From: Salpingoeca rosetta
Lineage: Eukaryota > Protista > Choanoflagellata
Assembly (NCBI GenBank): GCA_033442325.1
Contig: JAWQFM010000030.1
Span: 442,212-506,211, forward strand
Reading direction: 5' to 3'
DNA: 64,000 bases
Positions within the stretch are counted from its first letter, which is position 1, and each line of letters opens with the position of its first letter. Under the pieces are notes generated by a model that saw only the letters and a list, made by a program, of their open reading frames with translations, did no database searches and had not been told where the DNA came from. The position numbers and the translations under genes are program-made. Shown piece after piece: positions 47,301 through 59,593 of this stretch.

Positions 47301-48257
47301 GATGAGAGTTGACAGCCGACAAGGCACCTCATCGATGACTATATCATCAGTACCAAGCGTGTTTCCACTGTCGCGTCTGGGCCTTGACATCCTTGATAGG
47401 TCAGAGGGCACAGGCATCTCGCTCTTGTGCGCATGCGTGGATGCTAGCGTAACGTGGCTGCTGTCGTTAACACTAACATTGCTGCCGTCAGATCGTGGTG
47501 TTGACATTCGTGCTCGTTGGCGGGATCGCAAACCGCTGTCGTTGCCGTCGTTGCCGGAGTCGTTGGCTGACGGAGAGGCAAAGAGGTCGGGGCACGCGGC
47601 AGCAAGTATGTCGTCGAGGGCAGAAAACCCCAAGCGCTTGAGGGTGGTGTCATCATCGAACCAGGGCGTAGAGGGCGTGGGTATGTGTGTTGTGTGCTGT
47701 GAGTGGCGTTTTGAAGTCGTATTTGTCTCGCGGTGAGTCGTGACAAAGTTCTTGTCTCGTGTGTTGGTCATATGACCACGCTCCTGCTCAGTCGGCTCTT
47801 GTTGCATCAGCCACAGTTCATGTTCTTGCAGCCTGTGCAGCAGCTGATGCAGACGGGCCACCTCCGCCTGTGCCTGTCGGCAACGGTCAAGACTGGAAAC
47901 TGGCGCAGAAGAGACAAAGGGAAATGGTGGATGTGGCTGAGAAGGAGTTGCTGCACCATGCGCGTTTTGCAACCGTTGGTGGACAGGGGCGAAGGTCTTG
48001 CTGCGCTCTTTGTCCTCGGGAGCAGTGATGGGAGCGGCGTTACCTCGCTTGAACGCACTCGAGGCATTGGCGTGAGGGGACGACGTGAGCGTGAGCGTGT
48101 GTGTTTCGTTACTTTCGCTGTTGATGCTCTGGCTGCCGAGGCTGAGGCTGGCCAAGGCGAGAAACAGGAGAAACAGGCAGAGAAGCCGCCTGAGGGGCCT
48201 GAGCTGTAGCAGCTGTAATGGCTGGCCGTGTTTCATGGCTTGTTTTGGTGCATGCAA
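43302..48257 (-). CDS. LRR receptor-like kinase (TKL group): signal peptide, pro-region, many LRRs, Cys-rich juxtamembrane segment, TM, kinase; frameshift at the C10 run 45431-45440; exons 48257-44310, 44113-43671, about 43402-43302
   Basis: LxxLxLxxN repeats; TM AAVLGTLAGVLAFQGLLFAVYW; VAVK, HRDLKSGN, DFG, GTPLYMAPE, DVFSFG. Removing one C fuses ORFs 45369-48257 and 44123-45589. Confidence 0.9.
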
Positions 48258-48945
48258 GAGGATGCTGGTGGGATGGTGAGGGGCTTGTGCCCATACGAAG
48301 TGCGCTGCTGGATATCTGGGGTTCTGGGGTTGTTGGTGCTGAAACGGGGGATTATTGCAACTTTACCGCAGGCGCTCGCTAAATTCTCAATGTTTTTTGT
48401 TTCTACCGTTTCGGAATTTGCATGTGTCAAGGCAGCGCAAAGGCGGCGCAGCCGCCGGTTAGGGAAAACCCTGTGCGACAAATCTGGTTCGGGTAGCGCA
48501 GCGATGCGGGAGCGAGCGTAGCGGTTAGCGGGGGTAGGGCTTCACAGCATGCGATTTGAGGGTTAGTGGACGCGCCTCGAGCTTTTGCGCGTGGTCACGA
48601 ACCGGCAATGCTCACTTCGCAACCGTAGTTTAGCAATGGTCACCGGTAATATTTTTTAAAACCCGCTGAAACGGAAAATGGCTGTGGGAATGAAAGCGGA
48701 ACGAACCAGCGGCAGCGAGGGCGCAGTCGTAGACTTTGCTTTTGGTCTTTTGGTCTTGGTTCTTCGATTGGAATCCTAGCGCCAGAATATCAAATCCACA
48801 GTAGAATTGGCCTATGGGCGTTTGAGATGGCATGATGTGGATGTGAGTCATCACGGGGTCCATGAGTCATGTCCGTTTCCGACAGCACATAAGTTCGCCG
48901 CTGTCCTCCAAGCCAAACAAGCCAAACAAGCCAAACAAGCGAAGG
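48258..48945. promoter_or_regulatory. Probable bidirectional promoter between the two receptor kinases
   Basis: About 690 bp, free of (CA)n tracts, between divergent signal-peptide-encoding starts. Confidence 0.55.
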
Positions 48946-50457
48946 ATGCATCGTGGCTTGGCTCCTCCTGGTGTGCTGACACCCACCTTCGCAGTGCGTG
49001 TGCTGCTGGTGCTGGTGCTGTGCTCCTGCTGCTGTTCTCCTGCCAGTGCACAGCAAGAGTTGAGTGTGGGCAACATCAACAATGTGTTTCGCGCCGTTCC
49101 AGCCTCGGTAGGTCTGTGGGTCGTGCGACAAGGCAGGAAGATCGCAGCATTTGCTCGGTGGTTGCTGGTAGCTTGTTGGTTGTTGGTTGCTTGGACTTGC
49201 TTGTTTGTTTGCTCATCTGATTGACATTCCACGCAAGGAGCAGAGCAGGTCCCAAGTGCTGTCGTGTGACGTGTCTCGTGGGCGTTGGTTGCGTTGCAAG
49301 TGTGGTGCTGCCGCAAACGCTCGAAAGGTCGTCACCACGCCTGCTCACGCTTGCAAACATCCAACGCACACGGCGTTGTGGTCGGTTTTGCTCTCGCCCG
49401 TTGCACCTGCAGGGCATTGTTCCGCCCGCATCCACGTTCCACGCGACGGCTGTGCTGAAATTGGACACCACAAGCGCATTCAACAGGCAGGCCTCCGGGG
49501 ATGAGGAAGTCATGGTGCTGTTTGGTGGTTATGAGCTCAACGATATCCGCTACTCCACGCGAAACGCACTCAACACAACTTACCTCTTCAGCGCCCGTAC
49601 ACCTCCGGTTTGGATCGACTGTCAGGTGCGCGTGTGCGTGCATGTGTGGATATTTGCGTGTGCGTGTGTGTGTGTGTGTGTGTGCGTTTGACACACGATC
49701 GCGGAACGCACGGGGTGTCATGTGAACCGTCATCCAAAGATCGATGTGCTGCATCATATTATGAACGCGGGCCGCCGCTTTTGGTTGACTCACGATGCAC
49801 ACGCCCCTGTCGCATTGCATTTCGCACAGGCGCCTGTTGCTCCACAAGGAAGGGCGTTCCATGTCATGGTCAGTTCAGCTGTGCAGATTGGATTGGTGTG
49901 TGTCCTTCTGCTTGCTTGCAGGCACTGAAGTGGGTCGCATTTCAGACTCCCAACGGGTTCACTTCTGAACAACGAGAACGTGTGCTTCACACCACCTCAT
50001 TTTCATCCCATTTCCTCCCCCTCCCCTTGGTTTTGTTGTGGGTGCAGGAAACACTTACAGCGGCGGTATGCGACAGTGCGCAGTTATTGCTGCATTTATC
50101 AATTGCACGAACAATTATGACTGACATGAACGTGCATGCGTGTGTGTGAGAGAGAGTGTGTGAGAGTGTGTGTGTGTGAGTGAGTGTGTGTGTGTGTGAA
50201 AACGTGCGTGCAAGCATGCATTCTTGGACTCATCTTATGTACATACGCTCGATGCCTGCGCATTACCAGGATGGAAACGAGCGCGTTGTCTTGCACGGCG
50301 GCCTTGCCGGTGATCTTCAAACGCATTTCGCCAGCACGTGGGTGCTTGACATTGCTGGCAACCAGTGCGAATGGCAAGAAATCGAAACTTCAGGTAGTCT
50401 GTGTGTGTGCATGTGTGTGTGTGTGTGTGTGCGTGTGCGTGCGTGTGTGTGTGTTTC

Positions 50458-50488
<31 letters not shown>

Positions 50489-50728
50489 TCGGGGCTGGCT
50501 TGTGTTTGGCCACTGCCTGTGTTTGTTCCCTGTGTGTGAAATGTTCTTCCCTTCACAACATGCACTGGCTCATTCCGGCGACTGCGAACCACCATGATTA
50601 GGGTCCCCTGGCCAACGCGCTGCGCATGGGTCTGCAGAAGTGAACGATCGCATGTATGTGTTTGGCGGCTGCCGTCAGTTTGTCGCACAGCGCCGTGCCC
50701 TGCTCGTCCTGTGTGAGGTACGTAGGGT

Positions 50729-50764
<36 letters not shown>

Positions 50765-51450
50765 GTGTGTGTGTGTACGTATTCATGTGTGTGTGTGTGT
50801 GTACATATTTACGTGCGTGTACATATTTACGTGCGTGTACATATTTATGTGCGTGTACAGATTTATGTGTGTGTATATACACGTATTTTTTTTGTGTGTA
50901 TGTGTAGCTGTGTGATCGTCTTGTGTGCGTGCCTGTGTGCTGCACAACCGCAAGCTGATTCTGTCTCGCCTGTCTCTTCATCGTCGTTACACTTTGTTTC
51001 CCCTCCACTTTTCCATTTCCAATTCATTTCAGGTGGAGAGTCTTCTCAACGATCTCTGGCAGGTGTGTGTGTGTGTGTGTGATTACACAGTCATGCTGGT
51101 GTGCCTGAAGTGGTCGCACTTGTTATGGTTGCATGCTTGCAAGCACGTGCTTTGCTCCTTACTCTGTCTGTCCCTCCCTGATTGTTGTAGCTGACGTTCT
51201 CTTGTATTGCATCTCGTCTTCACATGTTGCATCCGTCCATCGCCAGTTTGATCTCCTCACGCGCACGTGGACGGAAATTCCACTGATGGGCGATGCGTTC
51301 CCTCCCCCTCGCTCCTCCCCGATGCTCGCCGTCGTCAACGCCACCGTGAGTGCGCATGCGTGTGGTACTAGTGCGAGGTCGCAAAGATTCAATCGTCAGT
51401 GTGTCAACAACATGTTAACATTTGAAGGTGTTGCGTTCCAGCAATTAGAT

Positions 51451-51545
<95 letters not shown>

Positions 51546-52291
51546 TCCTATCCCTCTGCGCACAGGTGTCGCCGGCACCTCGTCCGCGCGCTCGCCATCT
51601 CGCGCATCTCGTCGACGTGGACGGCCAGGCTGCCATGGTCGTATATGGCGGATTCGTGCATGGCCAAATCAGGTGCCGCGCTGTGTTTGTGTGTTTGTTG
51701 TGATATTTTTGTTTTGTATGTTGTTGCATTTGTTTGATTTGTTTTATTTGTTGTGTTGCTGCTTGTGTTGTTGCATGTTGTGGTGTTGTGTGTTGTGTGC
51801 TATGGTGTTGTGTTTGTTGTGTTCATTCGTGCGTGTGTGTGTGTGTGTGTGTGCGTGTTGTGTTTGTTGTGTTCATTCGTGTGTGTGTGTTCATTCATGT
51901 GTGTGTGTGTGTGCGGCATTACTGTTTGTTTTGCGCGCCCTGTCTCCAGCCCATCTGCCCTGCCAGAAGCTTGTCACTCACTTCCACAATTTCATATCGA
52001 TGTTACTGCAGGGGGCTGCGGTCGCTTGGAGACATGTGGGCGTTTTATCCGGACAACAGCACGTGGGAGGACTGGACCCCACGTCCCATCAACGCCTCCC
52101 TCTCGCAAGGCCTCTTCTCCCTCGATTCCATCGGGGAGGCAGGAGGTTAGACTGCACCGAGCGGATGTGTGGTCAGAAGGCGTGGAATGCACACTGTGTT
52201 TGGAAGTGAAACAGCATGACTTTGGTCGTGGCGACGTGCAGACCTGATGCCTGAACTTATGCTCGACGCGCACGTTCAACACTTGACTGCA

Positions 52292-52351
<60 letters not shown>

Positions 52352-55300
52352 GCACGCAACACCACACAACACCACACCGCACAACACCACACAACACCAC
52401 ACCGCACAACACCACACAACACAACACAATACGTGTGTCTGTGCGCCACTGATACCTTTCCCCGCCACCATTCAAACCGCCTCCAACGCTCCAACCCAAT
52501 GGCAGGTGTGCTCGAATACAACGTGACGACGGTTGGCGGTGGTGTTGCGACGCTCATGTGGCCGCAGAGGCGATCCAGCGTTTGTCTCTTCGGCTCGCGC
52601 CAGGTGGGAGCATGCCGTGCGTACATGTGTGAATGTGTATGTGTTTGTTGGTTACAGGGTGTATTTGTGTTTGTCTTTGCATTGTTGTCTTGTGTGTGCT
52701 GAAGGCAGGTTTCACCATTTTCCTGTGGATGGAGAGGGGTGCATGCTTTTTCATCGCAAGTTGCTTGCATGCATACGTGTTTATGTACATGTGCGTGCGT
52801 GCGTGCAGAAATTTGTGTTCTTTGGCGGCAACACGGAAGGCTTTGATCTGGCAGAGGCGTGGGAGTACGACGTGGCTGTGAGGCGGTGTGTGATTGGTGA
52901 TGACGCTGTGTGATTGGTGGTGGCGGTGTGTGATTGGTGATGACGCTGTGTGATTGGTGGTTGTGTTAGACGTTGTGCTTGTGTGTCATTAGCACACATA
53001 TGAGTATGTTCTTTGTGGCTGCTTTCCGTGCGTTGTGTTGATCGTCACTGGTGTGCCTTTACTCGCACAATCACAGTTAACGCGCCAATTCAACCGCGGC
53101 AACACTCACACACACACACACATCATCATCATCATCATCAACGCCACCATCACCGTGGTGGCCCCTCTCTTCATGCGTGCAATTGGGTGGCAGGTGGATG
53201 CTGCTTGACACGGAACCTGGTTCCGGTCTCCTGCAGCGCCAACTTGCCCGATCAGGCCACTCCTGTCTTCTCATTGACGATCCAAACGAAGGCAGCCGAG
53301 CGCTCGTGTTTGGAGGTGCGTGTACTGGTGTATGTTGTGTGTGTGTGTGAGTGTGTGCTCTTTTTGTATGTGTGTGTGAATGTGTGCTCTGTGTGTTTGT
53401 GTGTGTGAGTGTGTGTGTGCTCTGTGTGAGTGTGTGTGTGCTCTGTGTGAGTGTGTGTGCTCTGTGTGTGCTCTATGTGTGTGCTCTTTGTGTTTGTGTG
53501 TGTGAGTGTGTGCTGTGTGTGTACGCATGTGCCATGCCGGAACGTGATGGTGTGGGAATGTGATTGCGAGATGCTTTGATCCATTTAGTCCCACGTACGC
53601 ACCCATTCACACAACACTTGCAATATCACACCACCATGGCGATGGTTCAGGCGAGGGTGCGAGCCGCTTGAACAACGATGTTGTCGTGTTTCGCCCGACG
53701 TGCAATTACGGCACAGGGGCCTCTGGGGCATTTTTCATCAACTCGTGAGCCGATGTTATGTTCTTGCGATGTTGCATTCCTTTGGTCGTGGGGCCTGCTT
53801 GGTTGTTTCGTTTTGTTCTGTTCTTTTTTTTTTTTTGTTTGTTTTGTTGTTGTGTTGGCCTCATCGGCATATGCTTCCCTTCGTTTCTTCCCTCGCCCCT
53901 TCTCTCATTTCGCATCCTGCAACCACCACCACCACCACCACCACCACCACCACCACTGCAATTGCGATTGTACTCAGGTGTCGGCAGTGTGCACAGGGCA
54001 CGTTCTCTACCGCCATCACATCAGACAACCCAGATGACGACTCACAGGCGTGCGAATCGGTATGTGAACCGAGCAACGTCGCGTCTGCCACTACCAAGCA
54101 CATGAGTTGTGTTTTGCACGGGGTATTGATTGCACACGCCTTCGCCAGAGCACAACAGCACCGTTGGTTTCGTTCTCATGCCATCACCTCCTTGTCCTTG
54201 TTGTTGTTAATGTCGTGTCACGCGGTGTTCTCCACCACATCAGTGCCCCTTCCTCACAACAACACCCGGCGATGGCGCCAAAACGGTGGAAGAATGTTCC
54301 ATTTGCGCCCCAAACGCATGCGAAGGAAAACGATCAACCGTACGTGTGACCACGCGTGCGTGTGCGCGTGTGTGCTTGTTCGTGTGTGCGTGTGTGCGTG
54401 TGTGCGTGTTTGCGTGTGTTCTTTAGTGCGTGTGTATGTGTGCGTGTGTGTACTTTTGTGTATACTTTTATGTGTACTTTTGTGTGTGTGTGTGTGTGCG
54501 CGCATGCGAACGTCAGAGCACAGACGAGCGAGATGCACGCCTCAACCTTCCTCACTTTTCCCACGTCCCACACACTACCACCACTGCCACTAATCCTGTT
54601 GCCACCACCACTGCCAGTGCGTTGTTCAAGCAGCAAATGGTCGTCCCACGTACACGTGTCAATGTGCATTTGGGCGGAGCGGCACACGATGCGAAGGTGG
54701 GCAGCAGCGCATGCGATAAGTTTGCCCCACATGCGTGTGTGTAACCTGCGAGCGACGAAGTTGTTCCTTTGCTTCTCATCGCACACACATGCACACACGC
54801 ACACAATGTGTCATGACACCACATCGCACAGTGCAATGGGGTCTCGGCGTGCTGCTCGGTGTTCTTCTGGCGCTCTTGCTTGCCGTTGTCATCTTCTTTG
54901 TCGTCCGCTGGTACCGCTCTGAGGTGAGAAGCACCGCGATGACGAGATTGTTGGCGGGATCATGTGGCACCGTGTGCTGAATGTGACGTGTGGCACAAGT
55001 GTTGAGTGGATTGATGCGTATGTGTCACCCTGATTCCGGACTGGCAAGGTTGTGCTCCGCGTCTTCCTCAACAATTGCAAATGCCATCGCCACCCTTACT
55101 CCCTGTCAACCAACAAACTCCGTCACTTTCGCCACCCTCATCACTTCTGGCCCCCCTCCCCCCTGAACCACTGCCAGGTGAACGAGATCAAGCACATCTC
55201 GGAGCACCAGGCGAAGGAGTTGGAGTTGACGGGGCACGAACTGCATGAGCTTCGACGTGTGTTTGAGATCCCATACACGCAGGTCGACAAGCGCAATCGA

Positions 55301-55381
55301 ATCGACAAGGTGCGGAGCGGTGGTCTTTGTATTCATGGGTTTGTGTTTCGTGTGGTTGCATTGCAATTGCAGATGTTTGTC

Positions 55382-55460
<79 letters not shown>

Positions 55461-55759
55461 GTGTGCCCTTCGCTCCACTTTTTTGAACAGGAGTGCGAGG
55501 GCAATTTTGGTGCGGTGTACTTTGGTTACTACTCTGGCCGTCCTGTCGCCATCAAGATGCTTAAGGAAACCCTCACGTCGTGCCGTGATCCACTGGGTAC
55601 GTGGCATGCGTGTGTAATGGGGGGGGAGGGAGGGTGATTTATCAGAACCCATCCAAGTCGCTCACACAACACACGCACGCACACGCACACACACGCACAC
55701 ACACGCACACACACACACACACACGCACACACACGCACACACACACACACACACACACG

Positions 55760-55791
<32 letters not shown>

Positions 55792-57330
55792 CACACACAT
55801 GCTCTCACATGCTCTCACATGCTCTCACATGCTCTCACATATCAATGCAGCACGTGAGGACTTCCAGCGGGAGGTGAAGGTGATGCGAGAGCTGCGTGAC
55901 GCGAACATCGTCTTCTTTTACGGCGCCGGGTACGAACGGAATGGCGTTGCCTGCAAGCAAACTCGATCCTTTCGAAAACAAGCAGACGCGGCAGGCACCC
56001 CCACAACAGTGCTGTTGACAACACTTGCACCCCCCCCCCCCACACACACAAATTCACGCATGCACACATGTTGCCGCGTGCAGGTATGAGCCAGACGGAA
56101 CGCCGTTCCTGGTCACAGAATACATGGCACGCGGCTCTCTCCAGGTGGGACACAAGTGTTGTGTGCACGTGTGCGTGCGTGTGTGTGTGTGTGCGTGTGT
56201 GTGTGTGTGTGTGTGCATGCGTGCATGCGTGTGTGCGTTTGCGTTTCGTTCATCTCATCTTGAGCTCACACTGCATTCGCACAACGCTCACTACGCTCAC
56301 CACGCGCAACACCAACCACCATCACCGCCATCACCGCCATCACCACCACCACGTCGACAGCAAATCATTCTGAACCCCACTGAGCGGCTTGATTGGCGTT
56401 TGCGCTATCGGTTTGCCCTTGACGCGGCACAAGGCATGCTCTTCCTCCACTCCAAGACACCCCCACTGCTTCACAGGTGCTTGCATGCAAATGTGTATGT
56501 GTGTGTGTGTGTGCGTATTGAGGGTGCAACAAGGAAGGTGACTGATGGCGAGGTGCGTGGCTGATGCAAGCGAACAAAACAGTCCTCCTCAACAAGCATC
56601 GTTGCTCATGAGTCAGCCACTCCATTCACACCTGTTTTGTTGCCACTGTCGCAGAGACTTGAAATCCGCCAACTTGCTCGTGGCAGAAGACTGGACAGTG
56701 AAGGTGTGTGTGCGTGTATGTGGGTGTGCGTGTGCGTGTGCGTGTGCGTGTGCGTGTGCGTGTGTGTATGTGTGTGTGTGTGGTGATGGTGTTTGCGTAA
56801 ATGTGCACAGTGTGCGTGCGAGGGTTGCTTGCAGGCACATGGTTCGATTTCGTGTCCGTAGCATTCATCTATTCATCTTGAACGTGTGCAGGTTGCTGAC
56901 TTCGGTACCGCGCGTCTCTCCGAGCACTTGACGGGTGTTTCAGCAGAGGAGCAGGTGTGGGTGCTTGTATGTACGCGTGTATGAACGCGCGTAGTGATGC
57001 TGTGATGGGAGCTGTACATGTGCGTGTGTCGCGCCCGTCTGTCCTCTTCCTCCCTGATACGTGAATAACCTCTCCCTCCTCTTTCACACACACACACATA
57101 TATACACGCACACACGCACGCACACACAGGACTACCAGCAGTCGCTGCTGCATTCGCAGAGCGAAGGGGCGGTGGGCACCATCTGCTGGTGTGCGCCAGA
57201 GGTGTTGAGTGACGAGCACTACAGCTTGCCGAGCGACGTGTACTCCTTTGGCATCGTCATGTTCGAGGTGCGCGTGGGTACGTGTGCTTGCGTGTGCTTG
57301 CGTGTGTGTGTGCTTGCGTGTGTGTGTGCT

Positions 57331-57402
<72 letters not shown>

Positions 57403-57515
57403 GTACGTACGTACGNNNNNNNNNNNNNNNNNNNNNNNNNNNNNNNNNNNNNNNNNNNNNNNNNNNNNNNNNNNNNNNNNNNNNNNNNNNNNNNNNNNNN
57501 NNNNNNNNNNNNNNN

Positions 57516-57613
<98 letters not shown>

Positions 57614-57970
57614 AACTACGAACGCGTGAACGTGTGTTTGCTCTTCCTTTTCTTCATGATGCAAGCTCAGCTCTTTCGCCCCACTCCCAACCCCAACATC
57701 CACACATCAGATTGCATCACGAGAAGAGCCCTTCAAGGAGCTGAAGAGTTACGCGCAGGTGAAGGGTGCTGTGCTGCGCGGACAGCGCCCCGCCCTCCCC
57801 TCAAACTGCCCAGTCAAGTTTGGCCTGGTAAGCCGTGGAAAGGTGCATGAAATGACATTCGTACGCGTGTACCTGTGGAGATATCTTTGTTGCTTTTGAA
57901 CTGATCTGATGGCACCAACTTTTTTATGTTCTTATGTTGCTTACTCTCTCACACCCACCCACACACACAC

Positions 57971-58002
<32 letters not shown>

Positions 58003-58023
58003 CCACACACACACGCACGCACG

Positions 58024-58094
<71 letters not shown>

Positions 58095-58286
58095 GCACGC
58101 ACACACACACACACACACACTCACTCACTGCTTGCTCGTGCTCTAACACCCTCGCTGACACCCCACGTCCTTTCCCCCGGTCGACGTCAGCTGATGCAAC
58201 AGTGTTGGAATCAAGATCCATATGCACGGCCACAGTTCTATCAAGTCAGGAAACGTCTGTTGGAGATGCTGGAAGGGGAACCGTGA
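48946..58286 (+). CDS. Multi-exon receptor-like kinase (TKL group) with extracellular Kelch repeats, Cys-rich CxxCxxGTFS repeat, EGF-like domain, TM and kinase
   Basis: Signal peptide [20 protein letters not shown]. Kelch blades [66 protein letters not shown]; [15 protein letters not shown]; [25 protein letters not shown]. Kinase [38 protein letters not shown]; TGA 58286. Confidence 0.9.
50798..50872. repeat. 18-bp tandem repeat (GTGTACATATTTACGTGC) x about 4, intronic
   Basis: Adjacent degenerate units visible directly. Confidence 0.8.
57416..57515. other. Assembly gap (100 N) inside a (GT)n intron of the Kelch kinase
   Basis: Run of n; the flanking exons (...GIVMFE / IASREEPF...) join in frame, so no coding sequence appears lost. 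Confidence 1.
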
Positions 58287-59440
58287 ATCTCTGACAGAAA
58301 GCTGCATCGACACGCTGCGTTCTTTGTGACGTGATTTGCTGCTCGGCAAAGACCGTCCTTCTTTCCTGCCTTCGTTCTTTCTTTCCTTGTGCCCTCCTTT
58401 ATCCCCCTGTCATTCTCCGTTCTTCTGTTCCCTGTTCCTAAGTTGTTAGCTTTGTTACGTTACAATTTGACTGCGGCGTTCATCGTGACGTCGTTTGCCT
58501 GCCCTTCAGGTGTCTCACCGTTCTCCCCTTGCCCACACAGTAAGCCATGCAAAGATGCAAGCAAACACGCACTCATCACCCCGGCGTCACATCATGTCAT
58601 CACATCATCACATCATCACACGGTCGCCTGTTGTCGCGCCATCCGAGTCGTCTCAATCCACAGCCTCCGACTCTGCGAAAAACATATGAAGATATCTACA
58701 ATTTGTCCAAACTTGCGTTGTATATTTTATGCTGTCGGAAACCGTTCGCCATCGCGCTCGTTGCGAAACTCGCACACTGCACATCGCAACCTCACACCAC
58801 ACACCATGTGTCAACACACGTCTTGGCTGTGGCTGCGGGCTGTCATGCGGACGTGACATGATGACGTACGTCGCACACAATGTGCACCACGCACCTGGCC
58901 CAAGGAAACCCTTCACAAGCTGCGTCGAGTGCGCAACGTCACATGTGTTGACTGACATCGCACTGCTGGTGGATCGTTGTCCGGGTTTCGTGGGAGAGTG
59001 CACGCTTACAGCGTGTGTGTATGTGTGTGTGTGGCGCTCTTTTCTATCTCCCACAACAACTCCACACAGCACAAGGTAAGCACAAGAGTGCGCTTCCTAA
59101 TGTGCCCTCGCCTAAGATGTGCGAGAACGCAACCCAACACAGGGCATCATATGCACACACACACACACACACACTAGCTTGAGATGACTGCCACCACCTT
59201 CGAAATTGAGCAACTGAGGTAGGCGTGCGCACGTGTGCGCGTGCGTGTGCGTGTGCGTGTGCGTGTGCGTATGCGTGTGTGCTTGTTTATGCACGCTCTC
59301 CTCTCATCCATATCTCTCTCTATGTCTCTCGCCCTGCGTGTGTGAATGAGGTTACATTACACAACAAGTCAGGGGAAGAGCACGTCTCTGCTTCATGAGC
59401 GGCATTCCTGTTGCCCAATATACTCATTCTCCCTCCCCCC

Positions 59441-59590
<150 letters not shown>

Positions 59591-59593
59591 ATC

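Noticed and set aside
48455-48570. Telomere-like GGTTAGGG/GGGTTAG words in the inter-kinase region
   Set aside because: Isolated, non-tandem occurrences; cannot be distinguished from chance without genome-wide enrichment data.
43302-58286. Calling the two receptors tyrosine kinases
   Set aside because: Catalytic loops are HRDLKSxN with GTxxY/WxAPE, typical of TKL/Ser-Thr kinases, not HRDLAARN.
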